From the NCBI GenBank assembly GCA_963702475.1, contig CAVPCT010000003.1:576001-640000 (forward strand): a stretch of 64,000 nt of DNA, given 5' to 3'. Below, one piece after another: positions 9,926-19,611 of the stretch (position 1 is its first letter; each line of letters begins with the position of its first letter). The DNA is from an uncultured Thermoleophilia bacterium (GTDB taxonomy: Bacteria > Actinomycetota > Thermoleophilia > UBA2241). The notes under the pieces are model-generated. The model did not search any database, was not told the DNA's origin, and worked only from the letters and a program-made list of their open reading frames with translations. The position numbers and the translations under genes were made by a program.

Positions 9926-10798
9926 ATGACTTGGGTCAACGTCGCTCTTCAGGGCATTCTCCTGGGCGGGTTGTACGCCCTGTTCGCCACCGGCCTCGCC
10001 CTCGTGTTCGGCGTGATGCGCATGGTGAACCTCGCGCACGGCGACCTCGGCATCCTCGCCGCCTTCGTCTGCCTGTTCGTCGTGCAGTCGCTCAGCCTGG
10101 GCGTGATCTGGGCGGGCGCGATCACGATCGTCATCATGTTCGTCGTCGGCTATCTGCTCCAGCGGGGGCTGCTCAACTTCACCCTGGGCAGTGACGACAC
10201 CCGGCCGATCGTGGTGACGTTCGGGTTGTCCATCATCATCCAGAACGGCCTCATCATGTGGTGGTCGGCCGACTCCCAGGGCCTCGACGCAGGCGCCATC
10301 GAGAACGCCAGCATCACCATCAGCAAGCAGCTCGCGATCGGCTGGTTCCCACTGCTCGTGTTCGTCCTCTCCATCGTCGTGATCGCCGTGCTGCAGCTCT
10401 TCCTCAACCGCACCAAGATGGGCCGCGCCTTCCGCGCCACGTCGGACGACCGCGACGCGGCGGAGCTCATGGGCATCAACAACAAGCACATCTACGGGCT
10501 CGCCATGGCGGTCGCATTGGCCATCGTGGCGCTGGCCGGCGTGCTCCTCGCGGTGCGCAGCACGTTCGACCCGACGCAGGGGTCCTTTCGCCTGATCTTT
10601 GCCTTCGAGGCCGTGATCATGGGTGGCATGGGCTCCATCTGGGGCACGCTGCTGGGCGGCGTCGTGCTGGGTGTCGCGCAGACCGTCGGCTCCCAGGCGT
10701 TCGGCGCCGGGTGGGGCCTGTTCGTCGGCCACGTCGTGTTCCTCACCGTTCTGGCGCTGCGGCCCAGCGGCTTCTTCGCGAAGACGGTGACGGCATGA
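9926..10798 (+). CDS. ABC transporter permease (LivH-like)
   Basis: GLALVFGVMRMVNLAHGD, TKMGRAFRA, GGMGSIWG; hydrophobic. Confidence 0.92.
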   Translation: MTWVNVALQGILLGGLYALFATGLALVFGVMRMVNLAHGDLGILAAFVCLFVVQSLSLGVIWAGAITIVIMFVVGYLLQRGLLNFTLGSDDTRPIVVTFGLSIIIQNGLIMWWSADSQGLDAGAIENASITISKQLAIGWFPLLVFVLSIVVIAVLQLFLNRTKMGRAFRATSDDRDAAELMGINNKHIYGLAMAVALAIVALAGVLLAVRSTFDPTQGSFRLIFAFEAVIMGGMGSIWGTLLGGVVLGVAQTVGSQAFGAGWGLFVGHVVFLTVLALRPSGFFAKTVTA

Positions 10799-11898
10799 CG
10801 GCCCAGGACAAACCCATGAGCATCACCGACTTCACCGTCTCGCGCTCCCGGAACATGCACCGCTGGGTGCTCATCATCTCGATCCTCGTCGTGATCGGTC
10901 TCGCCAGCGTGCCGTTCTGGTCAACCGTGGCCGTGTGCCGCACCATGGTGACCTTCTTCACCCTGCTCGCCCTGGCTCAGATGTGGAACCTGCTCGGCGG
11001 CTACGCCGGCCTCGTCTCCGTCGGCCAGCAGGCGTACATCGGCCTCGGCGCCTACGGCCTCTGGCTCATCGGCGACGTGCTCGGCCTGAGCCCGTTCATC
11101 GCCGTCTTCCTGGCCGGCGGCCTGGCTGCCCTCATCGCGCTGCCCGTGGCCCCGCTCATGTTCCGCCTCAAGGGCGGGTACTTCGCCATCGGCACGTGGG
11201 TGGTGGCCGAGGTCCTGCGTCTGATCGTCGCCAACATCGACGCCACCGGCGGCGGCTCCGGCAAGACGGTCATCTCCGCCGCCAAGCTGCCGCTCACCAC
11301 CCGCATCCCCGGCACGTACTGGCTGGCCATGACCGTGGCCGTGGGCTCCATCCTTCTCGTGTGGTTCCTGCTGCGCTCGCGCAACGGCCTGGCGCTCACC
11401 GCCATCCGTGACAACGAGCTTGCCGCCCAGAGCTCCGGCGTCAACGTGTTCCGCACGAAGCTGTACGTGTACCTGCTGTCCGCGTTCGGCTGCGGCGTCG
11501 TCGGCGCCGTGGTCGCCATGAACCTGCTGCGCATCCAGCCGGCGGCGGCGTTCAGCATCAACTGGACCGCCTACGCCATCTTCATCGTGGTGATCGGCGG
11601 CTTCGGCACCATCGAAGGCCCGATCATCGGGTCGGTCATCTACTTCGCGCTCCTGCAGACCCTGAGTCAGTACGGCACGCTGTACATGCTGCTGCTCGGC
11701 GTCATCGCCGTCATCATGGTGACGCTGGCCCCCAAGGGCATCTGGGGCTGGGTCGTGAAGCGCTGGGACCTGCACCTGTTCCCGGTGCGCCGCAACCTGA
11801 TGCTCGACGCATCGGTGCTCGGTCCACCGGACGAACCCAAGAAGCCGGCGGCGACTGGGGTCGCCTCCGGCAACGGCGCGGCCACAGAGGCCGGCTGA
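10795..11898 (+). CDS. ABC transporter permease (LivM-like)
   Basis: WNLLGGYAGLVSVGQ, RLKGGYFAIGT, AIRDNELAA, VIGGFGTIEGP; ATGA overlap. Confidence 0.92.
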   Translation: MTAQDKPMSITDFTVSRSRNMHRWVLIISILVVIGLASVPFWSTVAVCRTMVTFFTLLALAQMWNLLGGYAGLVSVGQQAYIGLGAYGLWLIGDVLGLSPFIAVFLAGGLAALIALPVAPLMFRLKGGYFAIGTWVVAEVLRLIVANIDATGGGSGKTVISAAKLPLTTRIPGTYWLAMTVAVGSILLVWFLLRSRNGLALTAIRDNELAAQSSGVNVFRTKLYVYLLSAFGCGVVGAVVAMNLLRIQPAAAFSINWTAYAIFIVVIGGFGTIEGPIIGSVIYFALLQTLSQYGTLYMLLLGVIAVIMVTLAPKGIWGWVVKRWDLHLFPVRRNLMLDASVLGPPDEPKKPAATGVASGNGAATEAG

Positions 11899-11907
11899 CG
11901 AGTGTGG

Positions 11908-11947
11908 GGTGCGGCGCCGGCCGCCTCAGGGCCGCCGGCGCCGCACC
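11908..11947 (+). terminator. GC-rich hairpin after ABC operon
   Basis: 13-bp perfect inverted repeat GGTGCGGCGCCGG / CCGGCGCCGCACC; no U-tract. Confidence 0.5.
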
Positions 11948-12031
11948 ACATCGGGTCCGGCGCGGCTGTAGAGGGGGGCCGCGGCGGGTCTTCTCACCAC
12001 TCGTGGGGCCCCCGCGTGGGCGGGGCGCGTG

Positions 12032-12826
12032 ATGGAGGGCTTTGTGAACAACGATCACGCCGAAGACTCCCGGGAGTCGCGGAACGGCGTCCAGGTGCTG
12101 AGCCGTGCCGCGACGATCCTGCGCCTGCTGGCGGCGGACTCGTCCGGCGGGCTCACCTTCAGTGAGCTCGTGGCGAGGGCCGGTCTGCCGCGGACCACCG
12201 TGCATCGCATCCGTTACGCCCTGGAGCATGAGGGCTTCGTGGCCACCGACGAGGCCACCGGTCGCCTGCGACTCGGCCCGGGCCTTCTTCAGCTGGGCGT
12301 GGCCAGCCGGCGCAACCTGCCCGCGGTGGTGAAGCCGTACCTCGAGCGCCTGTCCACCGAGATCAACGAGACCGTCGACCTCACGGTGCTCGACGGTATG
12401 AACGTGCTCTTCATCGCGCAGATCCCGGCGCCGCAGCGTGCCCTCATGGTGGTCTCTCACGTGGGCGCCAGGTTCCCGGCCTTCTGCACCGCCAACGGAA
12501 AAGCCCTGCTGGCGCAGCTGCCGGCCGACGAGCTCAAGCGCCGGCTTCCGCGCAGGCTCGAGACGCCGGCGCGGCACCAGACCGTCACGCGAGACGACCT
12601 GCTCAAGGAGCTCGCCGAGGTGCGCGAGACCGGCGTCGCGTACGATCGCGAGGAGCATCACGTGGGCATCTGCGGGGTCGGCGTGACCATCACCGACATG
12701 GACGGCACCAAGGCGTCGGTGTCGGTGCCCATGCCGACCGCCCGCTTCGCCGAAGACGCCGACACGGTGGTTGCAGCGCTCGTGCGGGTGCGCGACGAGA
12801 TCCTCGTCGCGTTGCACAGCGTCTGA
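12032..12826 (+). CDS. IclR family transcriptional regulator
   Basis: GVQVLSRAA, GLPRTTVHRI HTH, RFPAFCTANGKALLA; close paralog of 3438..4220; start could also be 12029 or 12044. Confidence 0.92.
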   Translation: MEGFVNNDHAEDSRESRNGVQVLSRAATILRLLAADSSGGLTFSELVARAGLPRTTVHRIRYALEHEGFVATDEATGRLRLGPGLLQLGVASRRNLPAVVKPYLERLSTEINETVDLTVLDGMNVLFIAQIPAPQRALMVVSHVGARFPAFCTANGKALLAQLPADELKRRLPRRLETPARHQTVTRDDLLKELAEVRETGVAYDREEHHVGICGVGVTITDMDGTKASVSVPMPTARFAEDADTVVAALVRVRDEILVALHSV

Positions 12827-12838
12827 CGCGGGAGGTGC

Positions 12839-13432
12839 GTGATGACGGGCGCCGACGAGACTCCACTGGTGGTCGCCGTGGTGGGCAGCCCCCGCGCCAG
12901 GGGCAACACGTCCCTGCTCGTGGACGCCGCGCTGGCCGAACTGGAGCGGCGCGGCGCCCGGGTGCGCAAGGTGCTCCTGGCCGAGCACGCCGTCGCCCCG
13001 TGCCTGGGCCACCAGGAGTGCGGCCGCTTCAAGGTCTGCCCGCAGCGCGATGACGCCGCGGCCGTCCTGGACCTGGTGTATGAAGCCGAGGGGCTCCTGC
13101 TGGCCAGCCCCGTGTACTACGAGAACGTCACCGCCCAGATGAAGGCGTTCATGGACCGGAACGTGTTCCGGTACGCGCACGACGAGTGGCTGCCGGCGCG
13201 TGCCGTGGGGTTGCTGGCCGTCACCGCCGAGACAGGGTTGGACGACGCGCTCGACGCCATGCGCCGGTACGTGGCGCTGTCCACTGTGGCCGAGGTGCCC
13301 ACCGTGACCTGCGGCGTGTTCGCGGACGGGCTCGGCACGGACGGGCGGGGCGTCGTGGCGCAGCAGCCCGACGCCCTGGCTGCGGCGCGCACCCTGGCCG
13401 TCGACCTGGCGGCCGCTCTCGATCTGCGCTGA
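12839..13432 (+). CDS. flavodoxin family / iron-sulfur flavoprotein-like NADPH-dependent FMN reductase
   Basis: GSPRARGNT, C..H..C...C cluster, ASPVYYENVTAQMKAFMDR. Confidence 0.85.
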   Translation: MMTGADETPLVVAVVGSPRARGNTSLLVDAALAELERRGARVRKVLLAEHAVAPCLGHQECGRFKVCPQRDDAAAVLDLVYEAEGLLLASPVYYENVTAQMKAFMDRNVFRYAHDEWLPARAVGLLAVTAETGLDDALDAMRRYVALSTVAEVPTVTCGVFADGLGTDGRGVVAQQPDALAAARTLAVDLAAALDLR

Positions 13433-13530
13433 GCGGCGTCTGCGCGGTCCTTGCGGGGTGCTGTGCGGCGCCCGGCGGCGCCTGGCTGACTCCGCGACCG
13501 CGGCGCGCAGCGGCACGTCGTGCGCGGCGC

Positions 13531-14136
13531 CTACTCCGGCCGGATGACCCGGTCCTCAGTGACGATCACGGTCACCGGGAGATCGTGGACCTCACACGGC
13601 AACTCGTCCACGATCTGCGCTTCGAAGGCGAGCGCCACGCGGGGGACGCCGGCGCGCGTGAGCGGCAGGTAGTTGTCGTAGAAGCCTCCGCCGTAGCCGC
13701 AGCGGTGGCCGTCGCAGTCGAAGGCGGCGCCGGGCACCACCACGACATCGATGTCGCCGGGGTCCACCAGCTCACAGGCCTGCGTGGGCTCAGGGATGTC
13801 CCAGGTGCCTGGTTCAAGGTCGGCCTCGACGTCATCGACGTGGAAAGCGAGCATCGTGCGCGGCCCCACTATGCGTGGCAGGCACACCACCTTGCCGGCC
13901 TCGAGCGCCCAGGCGATGAGCGGATCGGTGTCGATCTCGGTGCGGAAGGAGGCGAAGACCATCACGGTGCGGGCCTCGACGAGCTCCGGCAGCTCGCGGG
14001 CGCGCGCGCAGATGGCTGCGCTCAGGCGCGCGCGCTCCTCGGCGACCATGGCGTCGCGGGCGGCGAGGGCGGAGCTTCGCAGGGACTGCTTCGTCTCCGG
14101 GGACGGTGGGGCGGGGGGCTCGTGGGATGCGGACAT
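13531..14136 (-). CDS. 5-formyltetrahydrofolate cyclo-ligase
   Basis: KQSLR, SFRTEIDT, IPEP, VVPGAAFD..GHRCGYGGGFYD, EVHD. Confidence 0.93.
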   Translation of the reverse strand: MSASHEPPAPPSPETKQSLRSSALAARDAMVAEERARLSAAICARARELPELVEARTVMVFASFRTEIDTDPLIAWALEAGKVVCLPRIVGPRTMLAFHVDDVEADLEPGTWDIPEPTQACELVDPGDIDVVVVPGAAFDCDGHRCGYGGGFYDNYLPLTRAGVPRVALAFEAQIVDELPCEVHDLPVTVIVTEDRVIRPE

Positions 14137-14300
14137 GCGCGGCGACCTCGCAAGTGTTCTCAGGGCTGACAACGGACGTGCCCGACGCTCGCCGGAGCAG
14201 GGCGGACAGGCATGGCTTCCTCTATAGTATAAAAGTCCCACCCGGTCGGGATGGACAGCTGTTCCATACACTCCCCGGGGCGACTGCCGAGAGGAGGGGT

Positions 14301-15467
14301 ATGGCGCTTCGCTCCCAGGAAGAGATCTCTCTCGCCGCGGCGTTCACGCGTACGCTGCGCAACCTCATGGCGCTGACGTCGTCCGAGGACCGCCGCGCGT
14401 GGCCGACCACGGCGCACATCCTCGAACAGACGCCGGTCGATGCCACGGTGCCGGCGTCCCTCTTCCGCCTGCTGCAGTTCCGCATCCTTCCCGAGCTGCT
14501 GGGCGAGAGCGCCGGCCCCGCCCTGTACGTGGCCGCCAAGCGCTTCAGCGCTTCGCTCGGTCTGCGCTCCATCCAGGGGCTCAAGGAGTGGTTCCAGACC
14601 ATGGGCCTCGGCGAGCTCGAGGTGGAACTCGACCAGGAGCGCGTGCTGGTCAAGCTCACCCAGTGCGCGAGCTGCAGGCTGCTGCCTCCCACCGGTACGG
14701 CCGTCTGCGACGTGGAGCGCGGCATCGTGGACGGCGTCCTCGAGACCGTCCTGGGCACCGAGGTGGTGACCAAGGAGACCCTGTGCTGGAGCCTGGGCGA
14801 CACGGTGTGCCAGTTCGAGGGTTACAGCGGCTCGCAGGGATACGCGTACCAGGAGAACGGGTTCCACCCCGACGCCCAGCGCCGCCTGCTCGTGCAGCTC
14901 GCCGAGCAGTCCGAGGTGGCGCTCAACAACCTGCGCCTGATCAACGAACGGCGCGAGCACGAGACGCGCGACGCGCTGACGGGTCTGGTCAATTTCCGCC
15001 GCTTGCGCGAGCACGCCGAGTTCGAGCTGGCCCGCGCGGCGCGGTACGGCCGCGGTGTGGCTGTGGCGATGATCGACCTCGACGGCTTCCGCGCCGTGAA
15101 CGAAGAGCTTGGCCGCGAAGGCGGCGACGAGGTGCTCTGTCACTGGGCCGCCGCCCTCACGGCGCAGCTGCGCAGCTGCGACCTGGTGTGCCGGTACGGC
15201 GGCGACGAGTTCGTCGTCGTGCTTCCCGAGACCGCTGAGCAGCAGGTCGACGGCGTGCTGGCGCGCGTCCTCGGGGCCACCGGGGAGCTGGCCACGACCG
15301 TGTCGGGTCGCACCGTCGCCCTCACCGCCTCCGCCGGCGTCGCCGTCTTCCCTCGGGACGGCTCCACCTTCGAGGACCTCGTCGCCAAGTCGACGACCAC
15401 CATGTACGCGGCCCGGGCCGGGGGCAGCGGCCGCGTCGCCTTCTTCTCGCGGCCGCCGCGTTCCTGA
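14301..15467 (+). CDS. diguanylate cyclase with N-terminal V4R domain
   Basis: V4R cysteines (CASC, C, ETLCWSLGDTVCQF); DALTGLVN, DLDGF, RSCD I-site, RYGGDEF; GAGGAGG RBS. Confidence 0.88.
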   Translation: MALRSQEEISLAAAFTRTLRNLMALTSSEDRRAWPTTAHILEQTPVDATVPASLFRLLQFRILPELLGESAGPALYVAAKRFSASLGLRSIQGLKEWFQTMGLGELEVELDQERVLVKLTQCASCRLLPPTGTAVCDVERGIVDGVLETVLGTEVVTKETLCWSLGDTVCQFEGYSGSQGYAYQENGFHPDAQRRLLVQLAEQSEVALNNLRLINERREHETRDALTGLVNFRRLREHAEFELARAARYGRGVAVAMIDLDGFRAVNEELGREGGDEVLCHWAAALTAQLRSCDLVCRYGGDEFVVVLPETAEQQVDGVLARVLGATGELATTVSGRTVALTASAGVAVFPRDGSTFEDLVAKSTTTMYAARAGGSGRVAFFSRPPRS

Positions 15468-15475
15468 CGCCGGCC

Positions 15476-15940
15476 GTGGCCGCCCGCGTCGAGATCCTCG
15501 CCGTGGGATCGCTCCACCGCGACCTCGAGCCTGCGGCGCGTCACTATCTCGACCTTCTCAAGCCGTTCATCGCCGTGAACGTGCGTGAGGTCAAGGAGGT
15601 GCCGCTGCGGGGTCGCGAGTCTTCGGAAGTGCTGCGCGACGAGGGCCGGCGATTGCTGGCCGTCTGGCCCAAGACCCCGGTGGTGGCGGCCCTCGCCGTG
15701 GAGGGCCGTGCGCTGCGGAGCGAGGCCTTCGCCGCGTGGCTGCACGAAGGATTCGAGCGCGGCGGCGTGGGGTTCGTGATCGGCGGCTCCGTGGGTCTGG
15801 GCGCCGAGGTGCTGGAGCGATGCGGCGAGCAGCTCTCCCTGTCGGCGCTCACACTCCCGCATCAGCTGGCGCGGGTCGTGCTCCTCGAGCAGGTCTTCCG
15901 CGCCGCGAAGATCCTCGCCGGCCAGCCGTACCATCACTGA
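15476..15940 (+). CDS. rlmH: 23S rRNA (pseudouridine1915-N3)-methyltransferase
   Basis: ILAVG, FVIGGSVG, LSLSALTLPHQLARVVLLEQVFRA..I..GQPYHH. Confidence 0.95.
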   Translation: MAARVEILAVGSLHRDLEPAARHYLDLLKPFIAVNVREVKEVPLRGRESSEVLRDEGRRLLAVWPKTPVVAALAVEGRALRSEAFAAWLHEGFERGGVGFVIGGSVGLGAEVLERCGEQLSLSALTLPHQLARVVLLEQVFRAAKILAGQPYHH

Positions 15941-16066
15941 CGGCGCCGCCGTGGGGCAGGCCGCAGCGGCGCGTGCGGCCATGCTCGCCCGGTGCACGGC
16001 CGGGCAGGGTAGAATGAGCGTCCCGGTCGCGCGGCCGGGCGCTGCCCACGGACCCTGGTGTGATCC

Positions 16067-17806
16067 ATGACTGACGACCTCTTCGACCTGAACGGTCTCG
16101 CCGCCTCTCTCTCCGGCGCGCTGGCGGAGCTGCTCACCGAGGCCGGGGCGGACGTCTCCGCGGCCCCGGTCGTCGAGCTCTCCGCGGCGCAGCGTCCGGA
16201 GCACGGCGACCTCACCACGAACGCGGCGATGGTCAGCGCCAAGGTAGCGCGCACGGCGCCGCGGGAGCTGGCCTCGGCGCTGGGTGAGCGCTGGCTGGCC
16301 GGCCCCGGCTCTGCGCTCTGCGAGCGCGTGGAGGTGGCCGGCCCGGGCTTCCTCAACCTGTTCCTGAAGGACGCCTGGTACGCCGGCGCCGTGCACCGCG
16401 TGATCGCCGAGGGCGCAAGCTACGGACGCGGCGTCCTTCCGCCCGAACGGCGCGTGAGGATGAACGTCGAGTTCGTGAGCGTGAACCCCACGGGCCCCCT
16501 CCACGTGGGTCACGCCCGCTACGCCTCGTACGGCGACGCCCTGTGCCGCATCTTCGCCTATGTGGGCCATGACGTGACGCGCGAGTTCTACGTGAACGAC
16601 TACGGTACGCAGATGACGCGCTTCGCGCAGTCGCTGGCCGCCCGTTACGGGCAGCGTCTCGGGCTCGACTCCGCGGTGCCCGAAGAAGGCTACCAGGGCG
16701 AGTATCTGCTCGACCTGGCAGACGTGCTGATCGCGGAGCGCGGGGAGCGCTACCGAGAAGCGATCGTTGCCGCCGGCGTCGACATGGAAGCGCTCGACCC
16801 CGGCACGCTCCAGGACATCAAGGTCTGGGGCCGGGACGCGACCCTCGGCCAGTTCCGCGTCACGCTCGAGCGCCTGCGCGTGCCGTTCGACGTGTGGACG
16901 CCCGAGAGCTCGCTCTACGAGGGCGAGGGCGAGCACCGCGGCTTCTCCGGCGAGGTGGGCAAGTCCCTGGCCGACCTGGACGGCGAGCGGCTCCTGTACG
17001 AGGAGGGCGGCGCGGTCTGGTTACGCACCACCCAGTACGGCGACGACAAGGACCGCGTCCTCATCCGTCAGACCGGCGATCCCACGTACTTCCTCAGCGA
17101 CATCGCCTACCACCGCGACAAGACGGACCGCGGCTTCGCTCACCTGATCGACATCTGGGGGGCGGACCACCACGGCTACGTGCCGCGCATGAAAGCCGCC
17201 TTCACGGCGCTGCCGCCGCACGATCCCGACAGGCTGGAGCTCATCATCGGGCAGCTCGTGAGCCTGCTGGAGAGCGGCGAGGCCAAGCGCATGAGCAAGC
17301 GCAAGGGCGACATCGTCACAGTCGACGACCTCGTCGACGCCGTGGGCGTGGACGCCGCGCGCTTCCTTCTCGTGGGGCGCTCGCACGACACCACCCTCGA
17401 GCTGGACATCGACGTGGCCCGCGAGCAGTCCAACAAGAACCCGGTGTATTACGTGCAGTACGCACACGCGCGCATCTGCAGCATCCTCCGCAACCTTCCC
17501 CACGGCGGGGAGGCTGGAGAAGCGCTGCCGGCCGCTCCGGCCGGGCCGTTCGAGCGCGCCCTGGTCCGCGCCCTGGCGCGCTACCCGCTGGTCCTGCTCA
17601 GCGCCACGGAGAACCGGGCCCCGCATCGCCTGTACACATACCTCGGCGAGCTCGCGGCCGAGTTCCACGTGTTCTATCGGCACTGCCGGGTGCTGGTGGA
17701 CGACGCCGACGTGGCCGCGTTCCGCGAGGGCTTGTGCCGGGCGACGCGCGACGTGCTCGCCGGCGGCCTCGCCCTTCTGGGGGTCTCGGCGCCGGACGCC
17801 ATGTGA
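16067..17806 (+). CDS. argS: arginine--tRNA ligase
   Basis: VAGPGFLN, VEFVSVNPTGPLHVGH, WGADHHGY, MSKRKG, YVQYAHAR. Confidence 0.97.
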   Translation: MTDDLFDLNGLAASLSGALAELLTEAGADVSAAPVVELSAAQRPEHGDLTTNAAMVSAKVARTAPRELASALGERWLAGPGSALCERVEVAGPGFLNLFLKDAWYAGAVHRVIAEGASYGRGVLPPERRVRMNVEFVSVNPTGPLHVGHARYASYGDALCRIFAYVGHDVTREFYVNDYGTQMTRFAQSLAARYGQRLGLDSAVPEEGYQGEYLLDLADVLIAERGERYREAIVAAGVDMEALDPGTLQDIKVWGRDATLGQFRVTLERLRVPFDVWTPESSLYEGEGEHRGFSGEVGKSLADLDGERLLYEEGGAVWLRTTQYGDDKDRVLIRQTGDPTYFLSDIAYHRDKTDRGFAHLIDIWGADHHGYVPRMKAAFTALPPHDPDRLELIIGQLVSLLESGEAKRMSKRKGDIVTVDDLVDAVGVDAARFLLVGRSHDTTLELDIDVAREQSNKNPVYYVQYAHARICSILRNLPHGGEAGEALPAAPAGPFERALVRALARYPLVLLSATENRAPHRLYTYLGELAAEFHVFYRHCRVLVDDADVAAFREGLCRATRDVLAGGLALLGVSAPDAM

Positions 17807-17840
17807 CGCGGCGCCGGCGCCGGGCGCTTCGCCCGGCGCC

Positions 17841-18263
17841 TCAGGCGCCGAAGCGCCGGCGCACCCAGTCTCTCAACTCCGCGGTCTCGTCCCGGTCCAG
17901 CTCGCGGTCGAGGCGCAGAAGCTGCGACACGGCGACGTTGTACTCCCCCTGCAGCAGCCGGTCCACGACGCTGTCCAGCACCGTCTTCGCCACCTCGCGG
18001 CCGGGGATGGCCGGCGTGTACACGTAGGCGATGCCGCTCCTGTCCTGCGTGAGCAGCCGTTTCTTGACGAGGTTGTTCATGACGGTCATCACCGTCGTGT
18101 AGGCGATCCTGCGGCGCTCTCGCAGTGTCTCGTAGACCTCGCGGACGGTCGTCCTGTCCCGTTGCCAGATCACGGCCAGGATGTCCGCTTCCAGCGAGCC
18201 GATCCCGGCGAACGGGGCCCCCTTGGCACTGCGCATCCACTGCGGCTGGGCTGGCTCATCCAT
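17841..18263 (-). CDS. BlaI/MecI/CopY family transcriptional regulator
   Basis: LEADILAVIW...TVREVYE...IAYTTVMTVMNNLVKK; GGGAGGAG RBS. Confidence 0.9.
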   Translation of the reverse strand: MDEPAQPQWMRSAKGAPFAGIGSLEADILAVIWQRDRTTVREVYETLRERRRIAYTTVMTVMNNLVKKRLLTQDRSGIAYVYTPAIPGREVAKTVLDSVVDRLLQGEYNVAVSQLLRLDRELDRDETAELRDWVRRRFGA

Positions 18264-18543
18264 GTGCACTCTCCTCCCGCTGCCCGGGCTGCGCACCCCG
18301 GCGGACGTGGCCCGGAGTACGAACCTCACGGTACGTATCATCCGTCGAAGTCGGGCGTTCGAATCATCGTGTGCCGTTCGCCTGCCCCGTGGGAGGCGGT
18401 CTGACCCGGCCGTCCACCGTCGGGCGCGTGGAGAGCCGGTGTCCGCCGGCTCCGAGGCAAGCGGCCGCATCGACCGTGTAGACTCAACCAGCCGGAAGTG
18501 CCGGGACGCCGGGACAGTGAGCAGACGCACGAGGAGGCCGAGG

Positions 18544-19611
18544 GTGGCGGGCGATGTCGGATTGCTGCGCGAGCTGTGTCTGGCGCCGGCGCCGTCCGGG
18601 TTCGAGGCTCCGGTGCAGGAGGTGGTGCGCAGGCGTCTCGCCCCGCTCGGTGAAGCGTCCCGTGACGCCCTCGGCGATCTCTGGCTGACGGCGGGGCCGT
18701 CCCGGGGCGCGCACGTCGTGGTCGCGGCGCACGCCGACCAGATCGGCCTCATCGTCACGTTCGTGGACGAACAGGGCTACCTGCGCGTCGACAAGATCGG
18801 CGGCGTCGCCGTCTCCCTCATCCCGGGCCGCGAGCTCGTGGTCCACGGGTCGCGCGGTCCGGTGCACGCCGTGGCCGGCCGCGCCCCCACGCACCTCACC
18901 AAGGAGGCAGACCGCGACAAGACGTCGCCGCTGCACGAGCAGTTCCTCGATATCGGGGCCTTCTCTCGTGAGGAGGCGCTCGAGCGGGTGGCGGTCGGCG
19001 ACGCGGTCACGTTCGCGCCCGCCTTCGTCGAGCTCTCGGCCGGCGTCGTCGCCACGCAGGCGCTCGACGATCGCGCCGGCGTGTACACGGCGGTGCGCGC
19101 CCTCGAGCTGTACGCCGGCTCTCCCGGCGCGGCAAGGCTCACGGCGCTGTGCACGGTGATGGAGGAGACGACCTTCATGGGGGCGAAGGCGGTCGCGCTG
19201 CGGCCGGCCCCGGACGTGTTCATCGTGGTCGACGGCGACTTCTGCAGCGACACGCCGGCGGCCGACGCCAAGCGGCTGGCCGGCGAAGTCCGGCTGGGCG
19301 CCGGGCCTGTTTTCGGGCGCGGCGCCGGGAGCCACCACGCCCTGCTCGGGCTGGCGCTCGACGTGGCCGCGCGGGAGGGCCTCCCGGTGCAGGTCAAAGC
19401 CGCCCCGGAGGCCATGTACACGGACGCCGACGAGCTCATGGCCGGCGGCACGGCGGCGACGTTGTCGCTGAGCCTGCCGGTGCGCTACATGCACTCGCCG
19501 TTCGAGGTCGCCCATCTCGACGACCTGGAGGCGGCGGCGCATCTGGTGGCCGCCCTCACGCGGCGTCTGGGCGACCCCGACGGCGCTGCTGTCATCGGGA
19601 GGACCTCATGA
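18544..19611 (+). CDS. M42 family metallopeptidase (aminopeptidase)
   Basis: APSGFE, AHADQIG, ALDDRAG, TVMEE, TDAD, RYMHSP; GAGGAGG RBS before GTG. Confidence 0.9.
   Translation: MAGDVGLLRELCLAPAPSGFEAPVQEVVRRRLAPLGEASRDALGDLWLTAGPSRGAHVVVAAHADQIGLIVTFVDEQGYLRVDKIGGVAVSLIPGRELVVHGSRGPVHAVAGRAPTHLTKEADRDKTSPLHEQFLDIGAFSREEALERVAVGDAVTFAPAFVELSAGVVATQALDDRAGVYTAVRALELYAGSPGAARLTALCTVMEETTFMGAKAVALRPAPDVFIVVDGDFCSDTPAADAKRLAGEVRLGAGPVFGRGAGSHHALLGLALDVAAREGLPVQVKAAPEAMYTDADELMAGGTAATLSLSLPVRYMHSPFEVAHLDDLEAAAHLVAALTRRLGDPDGAAVIGRTS

Noticed and set aside
14137-14300. 6S RNA upstream of 5-formyl-THF cyclo-ligase
   Set aside because: Gap is short, shared by divergent promoters, and no long irregular hairpin was recognised
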